DNA of 60,869 bases, filler included, from Hausera hauseri (Eukaryota): NCBI GenBank assembly GCA_046269625.1. It is 12 parts of 12 records of this genome, joined end to end, with 100 filler letters (N's around TTAATTAATTAA, not from the genome) between each part and the next. Parts side by side here need not be neighbours in the genome. Positions count along the whole stretch, not along the records: positions 1 to 4,267 come from JBJURY010667886.1; positions 4,368 to 9,946 come from JBJURY010227075.1; positions 10,047 to 14,272 come from JBJURY010689660.1; 9 more parts are not named here. One strand, written 5' to 3'. The position numbers and the translations under genes are program-made. The notes beneath the pieces were generated by a model. It worked only from the letters and a program-made list of their open reading frames with translations. It had not been told where the DNA came from and did no database searches. This document shows, one piece after another, positions 1 to 11,693 of this stretch (the stretch's first letter is position 1; each line of letters starts with the position of its first letter).

Positions 1-510
1 GTTGCCCACCAAGCATAAAGGGGAACAGTTATTTTTGGTTATTTTGAGGTATATTGTGGTCTGAAAGCCGTGTGTTGCCTTGCTCTTACTCCCTACATAG
101 GCAGTATCTGTAGCATGACCGAATAACCAACCAATATGTTGGTGTTATTATAATCCTCTCTACTATTACATTAGTTTTCGCTTAGTGAGCTAACACAGTA
201 TCATACCATTTAAACCAATAGGATAAGGTGGTACAATGCACTAGCATGTAAACGAACATCTCCCTCTGTTGGTTAACGGTAACTGACAAGCCTGGATTTA
301 CAAATAAATGCACATTCATTGACAGTCACTTATTTTTAAATTCATTACAAAAATGCATTTATATAAATGTACATATATATATATTTTACAAAAATATTGT
401 CGTCAACGGTACTTTAAGATGTTTTGCTTTCATAAATGTTGCAAATCAAACAGTCTGAGATGAGACTAAGTGTTGATAGCGGTTCTCTAATAATATTTCT
501 GTGTTGATAG

Positions 511-652
511 AAAGTGCCCAGAAGGATACACATGTATGAAGGCTGGAAGGAACCCTAACTTTGGCTACACCAGCTATGACTCTTTTGGATGGGCTTTCCT
601 TACTCTGTTCAGGCTCATGACACAAGACTTCTGGGAAAATCTGTACCAGTTG
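511..652 (+). CDS. Voltage-gated sodium channel alpha subunit, single internal exon (domain I extracellular loop / P-loop), vertebrate (fish)-like
   Basis: Translates [49 protein letters not shown] acceptor at 509-510, GT donor at 653-654, 142-bp exon. QDFWE holds the D of the DEKA filter. The SCN paralogue cannot be assigned by eye. Confidence 0.93.
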
Positions 653-829
653 GTACGCATTTATATTTTATTATGTGCTGTAATAACAGTGCTGTCTATC
701 TTATCATTTAGGTCAGTCTCCAGTCATTCAAACAGACTGTCTGCTTCTGTATTCCCCTTTATCTGACAGCCCGCTTCCTTACTCCTTCTCCTTTCTGTCC
801 ATCTCTTTCCTCTATCTGCATTGAAGAGG

Positions 830-2050
830 AAACTAAAATTGTACCTCGTAATAACTGCATGCTAGCAATGGCAAAGCCAATAATATTAGCACAATACGTG
901 AAGAGATGGAACGAGTACACAGTAAAATAAATGATGTACAGCAGTCTTTAATTCTGAAAACCCAGAGGAAATGATGCGATTTAAAGTTGCGGGAGTAGCA
1001 AATAAGTGTGGCGAAGAAATATCTAAAACCAATTACAAAGGTATTTTCTTATCGAGAAAAGAAATACCCGGAGCGAAAACTAAAATAGATAAGAAAGATA
1101 TTAAGTTGACTTAATACTTCGATAATAAGATCGATTTTCTAATTAATTACGTAAGGAAAGAAATTAGGGGTTTATATCGGGAAATAATAATTAATGAATG
1201 TAAGTTGAACTATGAAATAATGCGTAACAAAATGGCATTGGTAATGACAAATCCAGATATGGTAGCACCAGTACTACCCTTTGGCGACGGAGTTATTGGA
1301 AGAGTGATGGGCGAAGTACTAATAACAATAGGATGTAAGAAGGTGGAAGTATAAATTAGACCCACGGAAGAATGTACCATGGAATTACCCGTCGTTTATC
1401 ATTCGGAAGCGAGATATGTGTTACGCCAGTGACTAGGATATTGCTAGATATTAATGTAAAGCCCACTCTACTATACAATTGTACTTTTAATGTTACCGAT
1501 GTTCAAGATTGACAACGAGAAATGGATAAGAATGCCTAAAAGAGAACCAGTGTCCAAACCGGAGACAGAGTTTGATTAAATTACAAAGGAATCAGAAGCT
1601 TGAACCCTTAACAGGAATATCGCAGAGAGGAATTTATACCCAACAAAATTTAGAAGATTATCGACGGTTGTTGTTGTTCCCACAACAAAGACAGCGAGTA
1701 ATTACCAAACTAACACGGAGAGTAATGTGGGACGGGGAAGGATCACCACAATCGGAAAACCTTATGGATAAGGACTATATAAAGAAAGTAACGAGAAACA
1801 TTATGGAAAAGATGTGGGGAAAGTTCCTATATTTCGGACAAGCAGCCTCCGGTTTTCTAGCGATATATTTTATTATTAACGCTATGCGGACAGTATTTAC
1901 GGCCCTAGGCAAAGCATGTGATACACGCAGCAGTAGGATGCTCATGGAAAATCCTAATAGAAGTAATACCGACCGTAGCAAGCTACTTTTTAACAAACCA
2001 TTATGCACGATGGAAGAAAAAGATATTACAAAAGAGAGACGAAAGAATCC
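830..2050 (+). pseudogene. Chuvirus-like (class III fusion) envelope glycoprotein, C-terminal half, of Gypsy family A
   Basis: Manual translation: LYREIIINECKLNYEIMRNKMALVMTNPD, GRVMGEVLITIGCKKVEV, EECTMELPV, GIYTQQNLEDYRRLLLFPQQ, TM WGKFLYFGQAASGFLAIYFII, and GCSWKIL in a shifted frame. Motif order matches chuviral-type G proteins and the copies at 17520-18659 and 57275-59450. Stops and frameshifts present. Confidence 0.78.
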
Positions 2051-2360
2051 CTGTATAGCATACCTGATAACGGTAATACTAACTGGTCAAGTGAAGTCGA
2101 AGACGAAATACGGACGAATACCTGGCATTAAACAAATAGTGTTGAAGACATGAAAGCCTAAATATAGGCATGAGCTCGTGACGGATTTATCTCATCTAGA
2201 TCCCATAGATGAATATCATGGGGAATTATATAACGAGCAACTTGTAGTAAACCCTTCAGCTCCCCGATATGTGGTACATGCAGGAGTATACCCAATTTAT
2301 CAAGTACAACAGATGCGACAAAATTTTGAGAAAGACGTAAGACCTTATAAGCGTGACTAG

Positions 2361-4267
2361 ACGTGCAAAACTGATGATAAAAAAGGAGAACAAACGCCTA
2401 TATGGCGAGAAATAGAAATAGAGGTAAATGGATACCCTATCATGGCTCTATTAGATACTGGATCTACGACAACAATAATGGGAAGAAGTAAATTACCCAA
2501 AGAATTTAAAAGGAAGTTACAAAGACCGACTACTACATTAATAAATGTAGGAGCGTTCGGTACAGAAGAAATTAAGGTGGTTCTTGACGCAAAAATTAAA
2601 ATCGGCGAACAAACTTTGAAACAAACGATAAGAATAGCCGATAATTTGACTAATGAAATCCTGATTGGGTGTGACGTACTAAATCAATTATAAAACGCAT
2701 ATATAGACGTAAGAACCATTCAATTGAAGAAATTGATGAAGATCGATGCAGAGGAAAGGTCTCATTGACAAAAGATATCATGCCCCCACGATCAGAGATA
2801 GTTGTACCCGGAAAAATAGAAAGCCAAGTATTACCAGAAGTCGTTTACTTTGAGCCATTTGCACAAGTTGTGGAAAAATATGAAGTTTTAATCGCCCTCT
2901 TGTAGATAAAGTAAGGGAAGGAAAGATCCACCTGCGAATTTTTAATACGGCAAGTAAGGAAAGACGATTACGAAAGAATACAAGATTGTGAGAAGTAACG
3001 ACCAATGAGGGGATAATAAATCAAGAAACATGCTCGACAACGTCAGACATAGACAAGATAGAAAAGTTAATGATGGAAAAGTTAAAAAAGGAACCAGTCA
3101 AAGATAGAGTGAAAAATAGAATAGGCAATATTAATTGGCATGAGAAGTTACAGAATTGTGAAATCTTAACTGACGAAGAAAAGAGAATGCTAATCGAATT
3201 ATTACAAAAGAATAACGACCGATTCGCACAGAATGATTACGATTTTGGTACAATGAACGTAATACAACACTATTAAATTAAAAGAAGGACAGGATAACCC
3301 AATCAAGAGACCGTATCGATTAGCGTATGACAAAAAAACAAGAAGCACGAAAGATAAGAAATGAGGGAAAGCAAGATCATCCGACCAAGCTTTTCCCCCT
3401 GGACGGCTCCTGTAGTAATGGTTAAGAAGGATGGAACCATGAGATTTTGCATAAATTATCGAGCGTTAAATGAAATAACCGAAACGGATACATGCCCATT
3501 GCTAAGAATTGACGAAATATTAGACAGGCTTCACGGATCGACCATATTCTCAACCATAGATTTACAGAAAGGCTATTGGCAAGTGGAAGTGAAAGAAGAT
3601 AAACCAAAAACAGCCTTTTTAATCGGAGAAGGGTTTTGGGAATTTAATAGGATGCCATTCGGACTAAAGAATGGACCACCAACATTCCAGAGAGGCGCGG
3701 AACTCTTACTGTTAGACGCCCCACACGCCATGGTATATATTGATGATGTAATAATAGCATCACCAAATTTCCAACATCTAAAAGATTTGCAAGACCTCTT
3801 CGATAGATGTGAAATCATGGATCTGAAGATAAACCCGAAGAAATGTTCATTTGCTCAAACGGAAGTATATTTTCTTGGGCATAGAGTAGACAGATACGGC
3901 GTAAATCCTCAAGACAAACTATTGGAAAAAATAAGAGACTTCCCTAAACCAACCACAGTTAAAGAATTACGCCGATTTTTAGGTTTGGCGAATTACTATT
4001 GTAGATTTATAAAGGATTTCAGCAAAATCGCAAAACCTTTATATGAACTATTGCGTGAGGACCTGGATACAGTAGTTTGGACTACCGAGTGTCAAAAAGA
4101 GTTAGAGTATTTGAAAGAAAGATTGCTGACTGCTCCAATATTAATTTACCCCGATATGAATAAACCATTCATATTAGCTACAGATGCAAGCGACTACGGA
4201 GTTGGAGCAGTGTTATAACAAAAGGGTGAAGACGGTAAAGAGCATTCAGTAGCTTATGCTTCACGGA
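2361..4267 (+). mobile_element. pol: Ty3/Gypsy pol (aspartic protease, RT, start of RNase H), decayed, cut by contig end
   Basis: ALLDTGS protease motif (2442). RT motifs SPWTAPVVMVKK, RFCINYRALN, DLQKGYWQV, MPFGLKN, YIDD. RNase H PFILATDASDYGVGAVL and VAYASR. Confidence 0.95.
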
Positions 4268-4367
4268 NNNNNNNNNNNNNNNNNNNNNNNNNNNNNNNNN
4301 NNNNNNNNNNNTTAATTAATTAANNNNNNNNNNNNNNNNNNNNNNNNNNNNNNNNNNNNNNNNNNNN
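4268..4367. other. Artificial contig spacer (44N-TTAATTAATTAA-44N). Identical spacers at 9947-10046, 14273-14372, 18660-18759, 23268-23367, 30037-30136, 34128-34227, 38305-38404, 44351-44450, 48917-49016, 53741-53840
   Basis: Exact 100-bp structure repeated 11 times; the core gives stops in all six frames. Confidence 0.99.
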
Positions 4368-6892
4368 TCAATAAACAGCATTTGATTTCTTTCACCAAAT
4401 CGAAAAAACAAATATTCAGTACCAATATGCCAATAACGACTTTCATGCCAGTTCATATGTGTATTGCACATGTGTAATACACAGCCTTCAGAATTGCCAC
4501 AATGCCATGAGGAGCTATTAAGGACACAAATTCAACAGAATTATTTATTATCTCTGCCCAGGATGTGAGGCTGTATGTGATGGAGAATACATACATTTTT
4601 ATGAAGATCACAAACATCATTTGACTGACTTCGCATCAAAGTCAAAGAAGATAATCTTTAATGAACATAAGCCAGTTGCATAGCCTGCAGTACAGCCAGA
4701 TGCAGGACTAAAATGCGCATCGGGCGCATCAGGCATAGCGGCTCCATCAAATAGTCAAAGACAGCGGCCAGTTGATGCTGCAACATTAAAGAAAAAATGC
4801 CGCAAATATGCCATTGATCAACTGGTCAAACAACCATCAAGGAGTTCCTGGAGTACACAGAGGAAGAAACAAAGGGGATTCTCCAGGACAACATAGCTGA
4901 GCTCAATGACATTAAGGCTAATATTAAACATGAGGCCACATACGTCAATGTTGATGGCGAAAAGTCCAAAGGGGCCTTCAAGACCAGAAATAGACCAATT
5001 TTTGAAGCCACCAATATAGTAGAATGGCTTCATGAAGAGCCTACAAAGCTGATCCGTGAAGCTGATGAGAGTCAGGATAAGAAGAGCAGATGGACTCTGG
5101 CAACCATCAAGAGATTGCTTGTGTATGTTCACAAGTACTCTCCAATGCGGGGCAGTTCCTATATTCAGCTTCCGGAATGGATCGCTAATAAAAAAGCATG
5201 CATCAATGTCCTTAATGATGACAAGTGTTTCATGTATGCCATTTTATGTAAACTCGTACGGGATCAAAAACACGCAGCAGATTGAATTTGTCTGTATAAT
5301 GATCTGAAGCACAACTATGACTTCCAATGTATTAAGTTCCCGCCATCCATAAATGAAGTTAAAAAATTCGGCCGAATCAACGTGTCCATCAATATCTTTG
5401 GGCTGGATGAGGAGGACAAATTCTATACCCTGCAGATATGTGATGGTGAAATGGAAGATCATAGGGATCTGCTCCTACTAGACGATGGAGAAAAGAAACA
5501 TTATGTTTGAATCAAGAACTTTGAGAGTCTAGTCAGGTCCCAAATTACAAAACATCATGGACAAATAGAAATATGTAAACGATGCTTGTCCCATTTCAAT
5601 GGTGATTCAGCAGTGGAGAAGCTTGCAGAGCACAAGATGTACTGCAAGAACAATTACTGTATCATGCCAGAATTTCCCAAGGAGGACTATATTGAATTCA
5701 AGGAGTTCGAGAAGAAGCTCAAGATCCCAATGGTTATCTATTGTGACTTTGAAGCTATTCTGCGTCCAGTTCAGACATTCATTCCCTGTCCTCAACATAG
5801 CAGCACAACGGCATACCAATATCATGAACTTTCATGGTGTTGTATGTATGCCAAAGGACTAGACAGTGAACCATTTCTATGCAGGGGTCCAAGTGCAGCA
5901 GCACATTTCATGAAAAGACTTGAAAACATGGCTCATAAGCTTGAAAACATGCATCAGCAGCATAAGGATACAATGAGCATGTCGTGGAAACAAGAAGATG
6001 AATGGGGCAAGGTAACAATATGTTACTTGTGCGACAAGTCCTTCACTATGGAGAATCATAAAGTCAGGGATCATTGCCATTTTACAGGTGCATATCGAGG
6101 AGTAGCATTCAACAACTGCAATCTTCGCTGCAAAACATGTACATATGTGCCTGTAGTGTTCCATAATCTCAGTAATTATGATTCCCATTTCATAGTCCAA
6201 GAATTAGGCAACATTGTAGGAAACATTGAGATGATCCCAAACAGTGAGGAGAAATACATCACATTTACGAAGCATGTTGGGAAAATCCGACTTTGCTTCA
6301 TAGACAGCTTTTGTTTCATGTCGTCTTCACTGGACAGTTTAGTGAAGAACCTCTCTGCAGAAGAACTCAAGGAGACGAAGCGATTCTTCCCCATTACCTT
6401 TGACCTAATCAAGAGGAAAGGCGTGTTTCCCTATGACTATATAACTTCATGGGAAACACTGGATGAGACCTCATTTCTGGCCAAGAAGGGCTTTTACAAT
6501 ATCATTTGTGATTGCGATATTAGTGATGCTGACTACCAGCATGCTCAGAATGTCTGGCATGCATTCCAATGCCAAACAGTAGGGGAATACAGTGATATTT
6601 ACCTCAAGACGGACGTGCTGCTGCTGACAGATGTCTTTGAGAGTTTCATGGGTGTTACAATGAAGAGCCATGCTTTGGATCCGGCTCATTACTTTACGGC
6701 TCCAGGGATGAGTTGGGCAGCAATCCTGCGCTATACTGGTATTAGGCTACAGATCATTAAGGATTATGATATGATCCTTATGATTGAAAGAGGCATTAGA
6801 GGGGGAATATGCCATGCCATTCACTGGTATATCGAGGCCAATAACAAGTATATGGCCGAGTACGACTCAACAAAGGAATCCTCATATATATA
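4368..6892 (+). pseudogene. polB: Polinton/Maverick protein-primed family B DNA polymerase with embedded endonuclease VII-like domain, broken just before motif A
   Basis: GSSYIQLPEWIANKKACINV..DKCFMYAI. EndoVII-like CYLC..VRDHCHFTGAYRG..NCNL. Exonuclease/pol motifs VVFHNLSNYDSHFI, FIDSF, KGVFPYDY, YLKTDVLLL, HYFTAPG, ERGIRGG, ANNKYM..YDSTKESSYI. Confidence 0.92.
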
Positions 6893-8200
6893 TGTTGTGT
6901 ACGTAGTAAATATGTAAAGTTTACATTTGAATTTTAAAATAAAAGAATCAAAATAGAAAATTTCAAAAATTCAAAGAAAATTTTAGTATTAAGCGCTAAA
7001 TCGTGTTTACTATTTTGAAAGAATTGCTATCAAAAGCAATTACAGAATAAGTTTATTTTTTTTAACAAAAATAATATGATTATTAAATTATGAAACATTT
7101 ATGATTGATGACCTTAAAAATGTACTAGTTACTAAAAAAAGTAACAGAAAGCCCCCAGGTTTAAAATTAACACCCCCAAGTGTCTGATAGACACCCATAT
7201 TAAATTTAAATTTAGTAACAAAGAGCCTACAAATATTAATAACGACCTACCATGTCTGATAAATGCCCACATAGAATAATAATGCTATATAAACTATAGA
7301 TGTAAAATGAAAAAACGAACATTAACTTCAGTCTAGCTAAAGGCTAACAATAAACCCAAAACGTTTCTAAACCTTAGAGTTTATTTGGGTTAAATTCGAT
7401 TTCATTTGAAGCTATTGTTGATTTGCTGTGAAATTGTGTTCAAGTAATACAATTCTATTAAGAAGAGTTCCTGTTTTCATTTGGAATCCAAAGGAAACGT
7501 AAATTTGTTTTTATTTTGTTGTTTCAATTCCATTTGAGTTTATTTATTATCTTGTTATAATTAACTAAACTTTTACCCACTAACTAATTGCGGTCGCAGC
7601 CGAAAGCACAGTAGGCTACGCGAATCACACAAAATTAAATAAAATCATACATTAGTAAGTAAATTTCTTCTTGTGGTATAAATACCCTTCTCTAAAATCC
7701 AATCTGATTAAAATCAAACAAGGGATTTAAAAAATAGGATTCACTAACACTTAATGAATATTAAAAAATCTCTCATAAGATTGAGAAACATAATAGAAAA
7801 CTATATTTGGATCATACAGGAACGACTGGAGTTCTTTATTTCTGTTAACTCACAAAGAGTAAAAACCCGAAAACGAATTCGAAAGTCATTTAATTTTGAT
7901 AAACACGAAAAATATTATTTAATTCCATTTTCAGTTTTAAACGAAACTTGCACAAGCTATTTTGCCTGTAAATCTCAAAGAGATTATAACCTATTACTTG
8001 AAAACGTTTTCGTTGAACCTAAATTTCCAGATTACTGGATATACGAATTCTTAGCCAAAAGCACCCTTGAACAAATCCGTTCATAAACACAATATAGAGT
8101 TATTAACTGTGATATAGACGCGCCTATTTGGATAGATTACGAATAGGCCACAGGGACAATAAACCGAAATTTTAAACTTGTAAAACATTTGAAATTTTGG
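6893..8200 (+). mobile_element. Probable LTR / 5' region of an LTR retrotransposon inserted into polB, containing a 110-aa unknown ORF (7754-8086)
   Basis: Starts TGTTGTG right after a (TA)n run. TATA-like TATATAAA near 7286 followed by TCAGT initiator near 7328. Abrupt switch to AT-rich sequence. Right end not defined. Confidence 0.4.
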
Positions 8201-8215
8201 ACACTGAACCAACAA

Positions 8216-8494
8216 TCAGCTATATATTTACTCCAGGATTGTAGATTCAATATACGTTGGACATACAAAAGTACCATTGCTACGAAAATCTGCTTGGAAA
8301 GTACATACAAACCAGGAGACTTTGTGCAGATCATAATGGACCACCAAATATATGTACCTGTTTTATCAGGATTATTCAATTATATAGAAATAAACATTAC
8401 AGATTATGCTGGAAAATTAATTGACTTTTTATTTGGATTAAAAACTAACTTGGCGTTATATTTCACGAGAACAGATGATATATACGTTTACTGA
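8216..8494 (+). pseudogene. Polinton minor capsid (penton, PX-type), C-terminal part
   Basis: QLYIYSRIVDSIYVGHTKVPLLR (frameshifted) then YVPVLSGLFNYIEINITDYAGKLIDFLFG..LALYF; homologous to 10602-10856. Confidence 0.75.
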
Positions 8495-8555
8495 AACGAA
8501 CATAAACAAAACCAATTATTGGCAGCTGCTGTAAAACTTGTTGAACTATTGTTGC

Positions 8556-8925
8556 TATGTACAGCCTCCCACAAATGGGCAGTGCATTACCGTATTTTGT
8601 TGGTAAACAACAAATGGATAATTGATTAAGGAAAGTTGGTAAATTTTTGGTACCAATGCTAAGAAAATTTGGAGTACCAATTACCAAATCACTTGACAAG
8701 GCGGCAATGGAAACTGCTACAGACGTGATTAGTAAAAAATCAATTAAAATGCCATCAAGCGTAGGGCTCTTGAAGAATTACCGAGTGTTAGAGTACATGC
8801 ATTTGAGGTTTTACGAGAATGTGTTGGTTAAATAATAAACAATGAACAAAAGGTAGTGGCAGAAAGCGAGTTAGACGACGCGGTATAACTAAACAAAAGG
8901 CGAAGATTGACCATATTTAACAAAT
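8556..8925 (+). pseudogene. Small basic Polinton protein between penton and MCP (amphipathic helix)
   Basis: MYSLPQMGSALPYFVGKQQ..LRKVGKFLVPMLRKFG..AAMETATDVI; homologous to 10229-10588. Confidence 0.65.
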
Positions 8926-8929
8926 AATA

Positions 8930-9946
8930 TATGCAGCCAAATCGTAGTTATCCTTGTTTGATCACAATATAACACAGGTTGTCACTGAGAGTTCAACGTT
9001 TGAAGAGATATCCAAAAGATACGATTAGTCTCAAATAGAATTTAGTACTATAGGATCAGACAATGATTATTTGGATTTAAATGGTACTTTAATCATCATT
9101 AAGATTAAAACCGTTAAGCACGATCGTAGTGATATTAGCACTGATTCGGATATATCCATCGAATTATCTACACCATAGCCTGTTTAAAGTGGTTTTACTA
9201 ACATTTAACAATAAAAAGGTTGAAGATACCAATGATACATAAAAGGCAATTTTTGAAACTGCTCTCACTTTTGGAAACGATACAAAAATATTTGAATCAG
9301 TTGGGTACAACAAAGATGATACAAAATGTAAAGCGCGGGTACATAAGTCTGCAAAATTGACACTTAATTTCTTTGATCAACAAAAGTATTTGTTACCAGG
9401 AATCAATGTTAACATTAAACTAACAAGAAACATTGGTTCAGTAGTTTACATGTACAGTAAAGGTAGCGATACAACATAATTGAATCCACAACCATTCATT
9501 ACCGAAGCTACGTTGCTAGTGCGACGCATGAGAGTTGATTAGTTAGTTCTGATTGGACACAGGCAAGGATTAAATAAACAGAAAGCTATATACTAATTTT
9601 AAACATCAAAAGTTGTAAACTTTAAAATTCCAAAAACTTCACATGGTGAATATAAAGACAATTTGTGTAATAATGAGATATTAGCAAAATTAGTGCTTAT
9701 TACATTCCAATCATCTAAATAATCTAGTGGAGATTATGGTTCTTTTTGTCATAAATTTGAAAACTTTGGAGTCAAATCAATAACTAACGAGAAATGTTGA
9801 CTTTCGTGAAATATATAATACAAACTTTACAGGTGACTATACTGAGGCATATGTTCAGTCAATTATTCACAACAAAGGTCTATTAAATCATTAAGGAAAT
9901 AATGATATTACACCTGTTCACTTGACGGAAACTTTTTGCTTCTTTA
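8930..9946 (+). pseudogene. Polinton major capsid protein (PY, double jelly-roll), decayed
   Basis: LSLFDHNITQVVTESSTFEEI, QIEFSTIGSDNDYLDLNGT, HHSLF, FDQQKYLLPGINVNIKLTRN, ITEATLLVRRMRV match the invertebrate Polinton MCP pattern. Many stops. Confidence 0.8.
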
Positions 9947-10046
9947 NNNNNNNNNNNNNNNNNNNNNNNNNNNNNNNNNNNNNNNNNNNNTTAATTAATT
10001 AANNNNNNNNNNNNNNNNNNNNNNNNNNNNNNNNNNNNNNNNNNNN

Positions 10047-10220
10047 TATCGTTCAAATCCAGGTATTCATTGTCCGATGCCATAATGTTGAATTGAATGT
10101 CAATGTTATCGTCCGTTGAAACCCAACCAGCGGAGTAGATTTCTTCAAATGCCACATTGTCAATAACAACTTGTAGTGCGCCTTTGTCAAATATTCACAA
10201 TTCACATTTTGCAGATGATA
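10047..10220 (-). pseudogene. Polinton major capsid protein, N-terminus (second element)
   Basis: AKCEL*IFDKGALQVVIDNVAFEEIY..DIQFNIMASDNEYLDLND; aligns by eye with 8940-9085. Confidence 0.78.
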
Positions 10221-10228
10221 TTTGTCTG

Positions 10229-10588
10229 TCAATCGAAAATCGTACGACTACGACGTTTGTTCATAGTTGATGAACTCGATGATGCTCTACGAAATTTTTT
10301 CAAGCCACTGCCAGCGAATGGCTTTTTGACTGGTTCAATGACTCCCGGTGCAGCGCTTTTTATTTCTGACAAGGTGTGTTACTTCAACGATGGTAAAATC
10401 GATTTGCTTTCATATAGTACGTCCTGTGCTGTTTTTGCTCCCACGGCTCCAATACGCTTCAACACCGGAAATGATAAACGTGCCAATGTACGCAACCATC
10501 CAGAGCCATACTGTTTACCAACAAAATACGGAAGTTCATGGCCCTGCTAGGGTTTACTGTAAATGGAAACGATTTCAGAATCAATCAT
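10229..10588 (-). pseudogene. Small basic Polinton protein upstream of MCP (119 codons, 2 internal stops)
   Basis: MIDSEIVSIYSKP*QGHELPYFVGKQYGSGWLRTLARLSFPVLKRIGAVGAKTAQDVL...AGSGLKKFRR...KRRSRTIFD*. Confidence 0.72.
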
Positions 10589-10601
10589 TTTGTTGTCGGT
10601 T

Positions 10602-11651
10602 TCAACGGTAATTAAGAGTTATACCGGTTGTGGTACGGAACGGAAATACAATAAAGTAGCCCGCGTTACATCTGATATTAAATTCAACATTGTTTATAGA
10701 TGTATATGCCACAGGTAGGTACACTAAATTATCGAGCTTGACAGTAACATTGTCGCCAGCAGTATACTTGCTGTTTTCCGGAAAAATTGCACGGAATAGC
10801 GGTATACGTACTTCACCGACCAAAATCGGTTCGGTGTCGTTAAGGTAAATGTACATTTAACTTAGACCAGTTTTCAGTTTGGGTTTAAGTGTTGCAACAT
10901 GTTCCGCAGCCGTCCATTCCTCAAACCGCTATTTTTCAAAACCAAATACCATGGCCAAAGCTTTGTCCAATGAAATGTCGAAAATATCTTTAGGCAGTTC
11001 AAATTTAATGTACCAATTTGCATCTGACTCGAAAACATAAACTATCTCCTTGTACTTTTGATTTGAAGGAAAGTGTTGACAGAGATGTGCTACAGATTCG
11101 CAATAGACATTGTCTCCAATCGATCCGTATGACGTTGACACACTTTCTGCTGTATAGGTAAATTTCACCGTTGTCTGGTAATATACGGGACTTAATCTTG
11201 GACAAACTACATATTCACTTTTAATATGTTTACCTTTGTACTCTGTATTTTTGAATCCAAATTTCTGTGTCATATCAGAGAACTCAAAAGTAACAGTAAA
11301 TTCAAAATCTGCCATAAAATGTAAGTTTTGATCTAAAATAAAAACGTAGATTTTGCCGTGTGAACCGTAGTTTGCTTCGCTCGTGCAAATGGTCGATTCT
11401 ACAACTGTTATTTTTTTGTTAGTAAGTGTCAGAGGACAAGAATGTATTTTGGTTTCAGTAACAGTCTTGTTATACGATATTTTCATACTACCTGTGCACA
11501 GCGCGTAGGGAAAGTTAAATTCCGTCAGTGCAACCTCCCATTTCCAAGATAAATCCAAAGGATTGCTCAAATCTACAACGTATTCACTGGTTGAATTATT
11601 TGGACCAGTCGTCGGAAAACTATTGTTCGGCAACACCATGTAAATACTCAT
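10602..11651 (-). pseudogene. Polinton minor capsid (penton) copy 1, about 350 codons
   Basis: N-terminus IYMVLPNNS..NSTSEYVVDLSNPLDL..WEVALTEF. C-terminus MYIYLNDTEPILVGEVRIPLFR..YLPV..NVEFNIR..ITLNYR. ORFs 10929-11651 and 10602-10856 are in one frame, separated by point stops. Confidence 0.82.
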
Positions 11652-11693
11652 GATCTCGATGATGATGATGATAGTAATGACACAGTTTGTTTA

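Noticed and set aside
536-766. 76-aa ORF as a complete protein
   Set aside because: Homology stops at the GT donor at 653; the remainder is intron read-through.
8930-10220. Inverted MCP pair as a terminal inverted repeat or single locus
   Set aside because: They are different contigs across a spacer and the sequences are clearly diverged.
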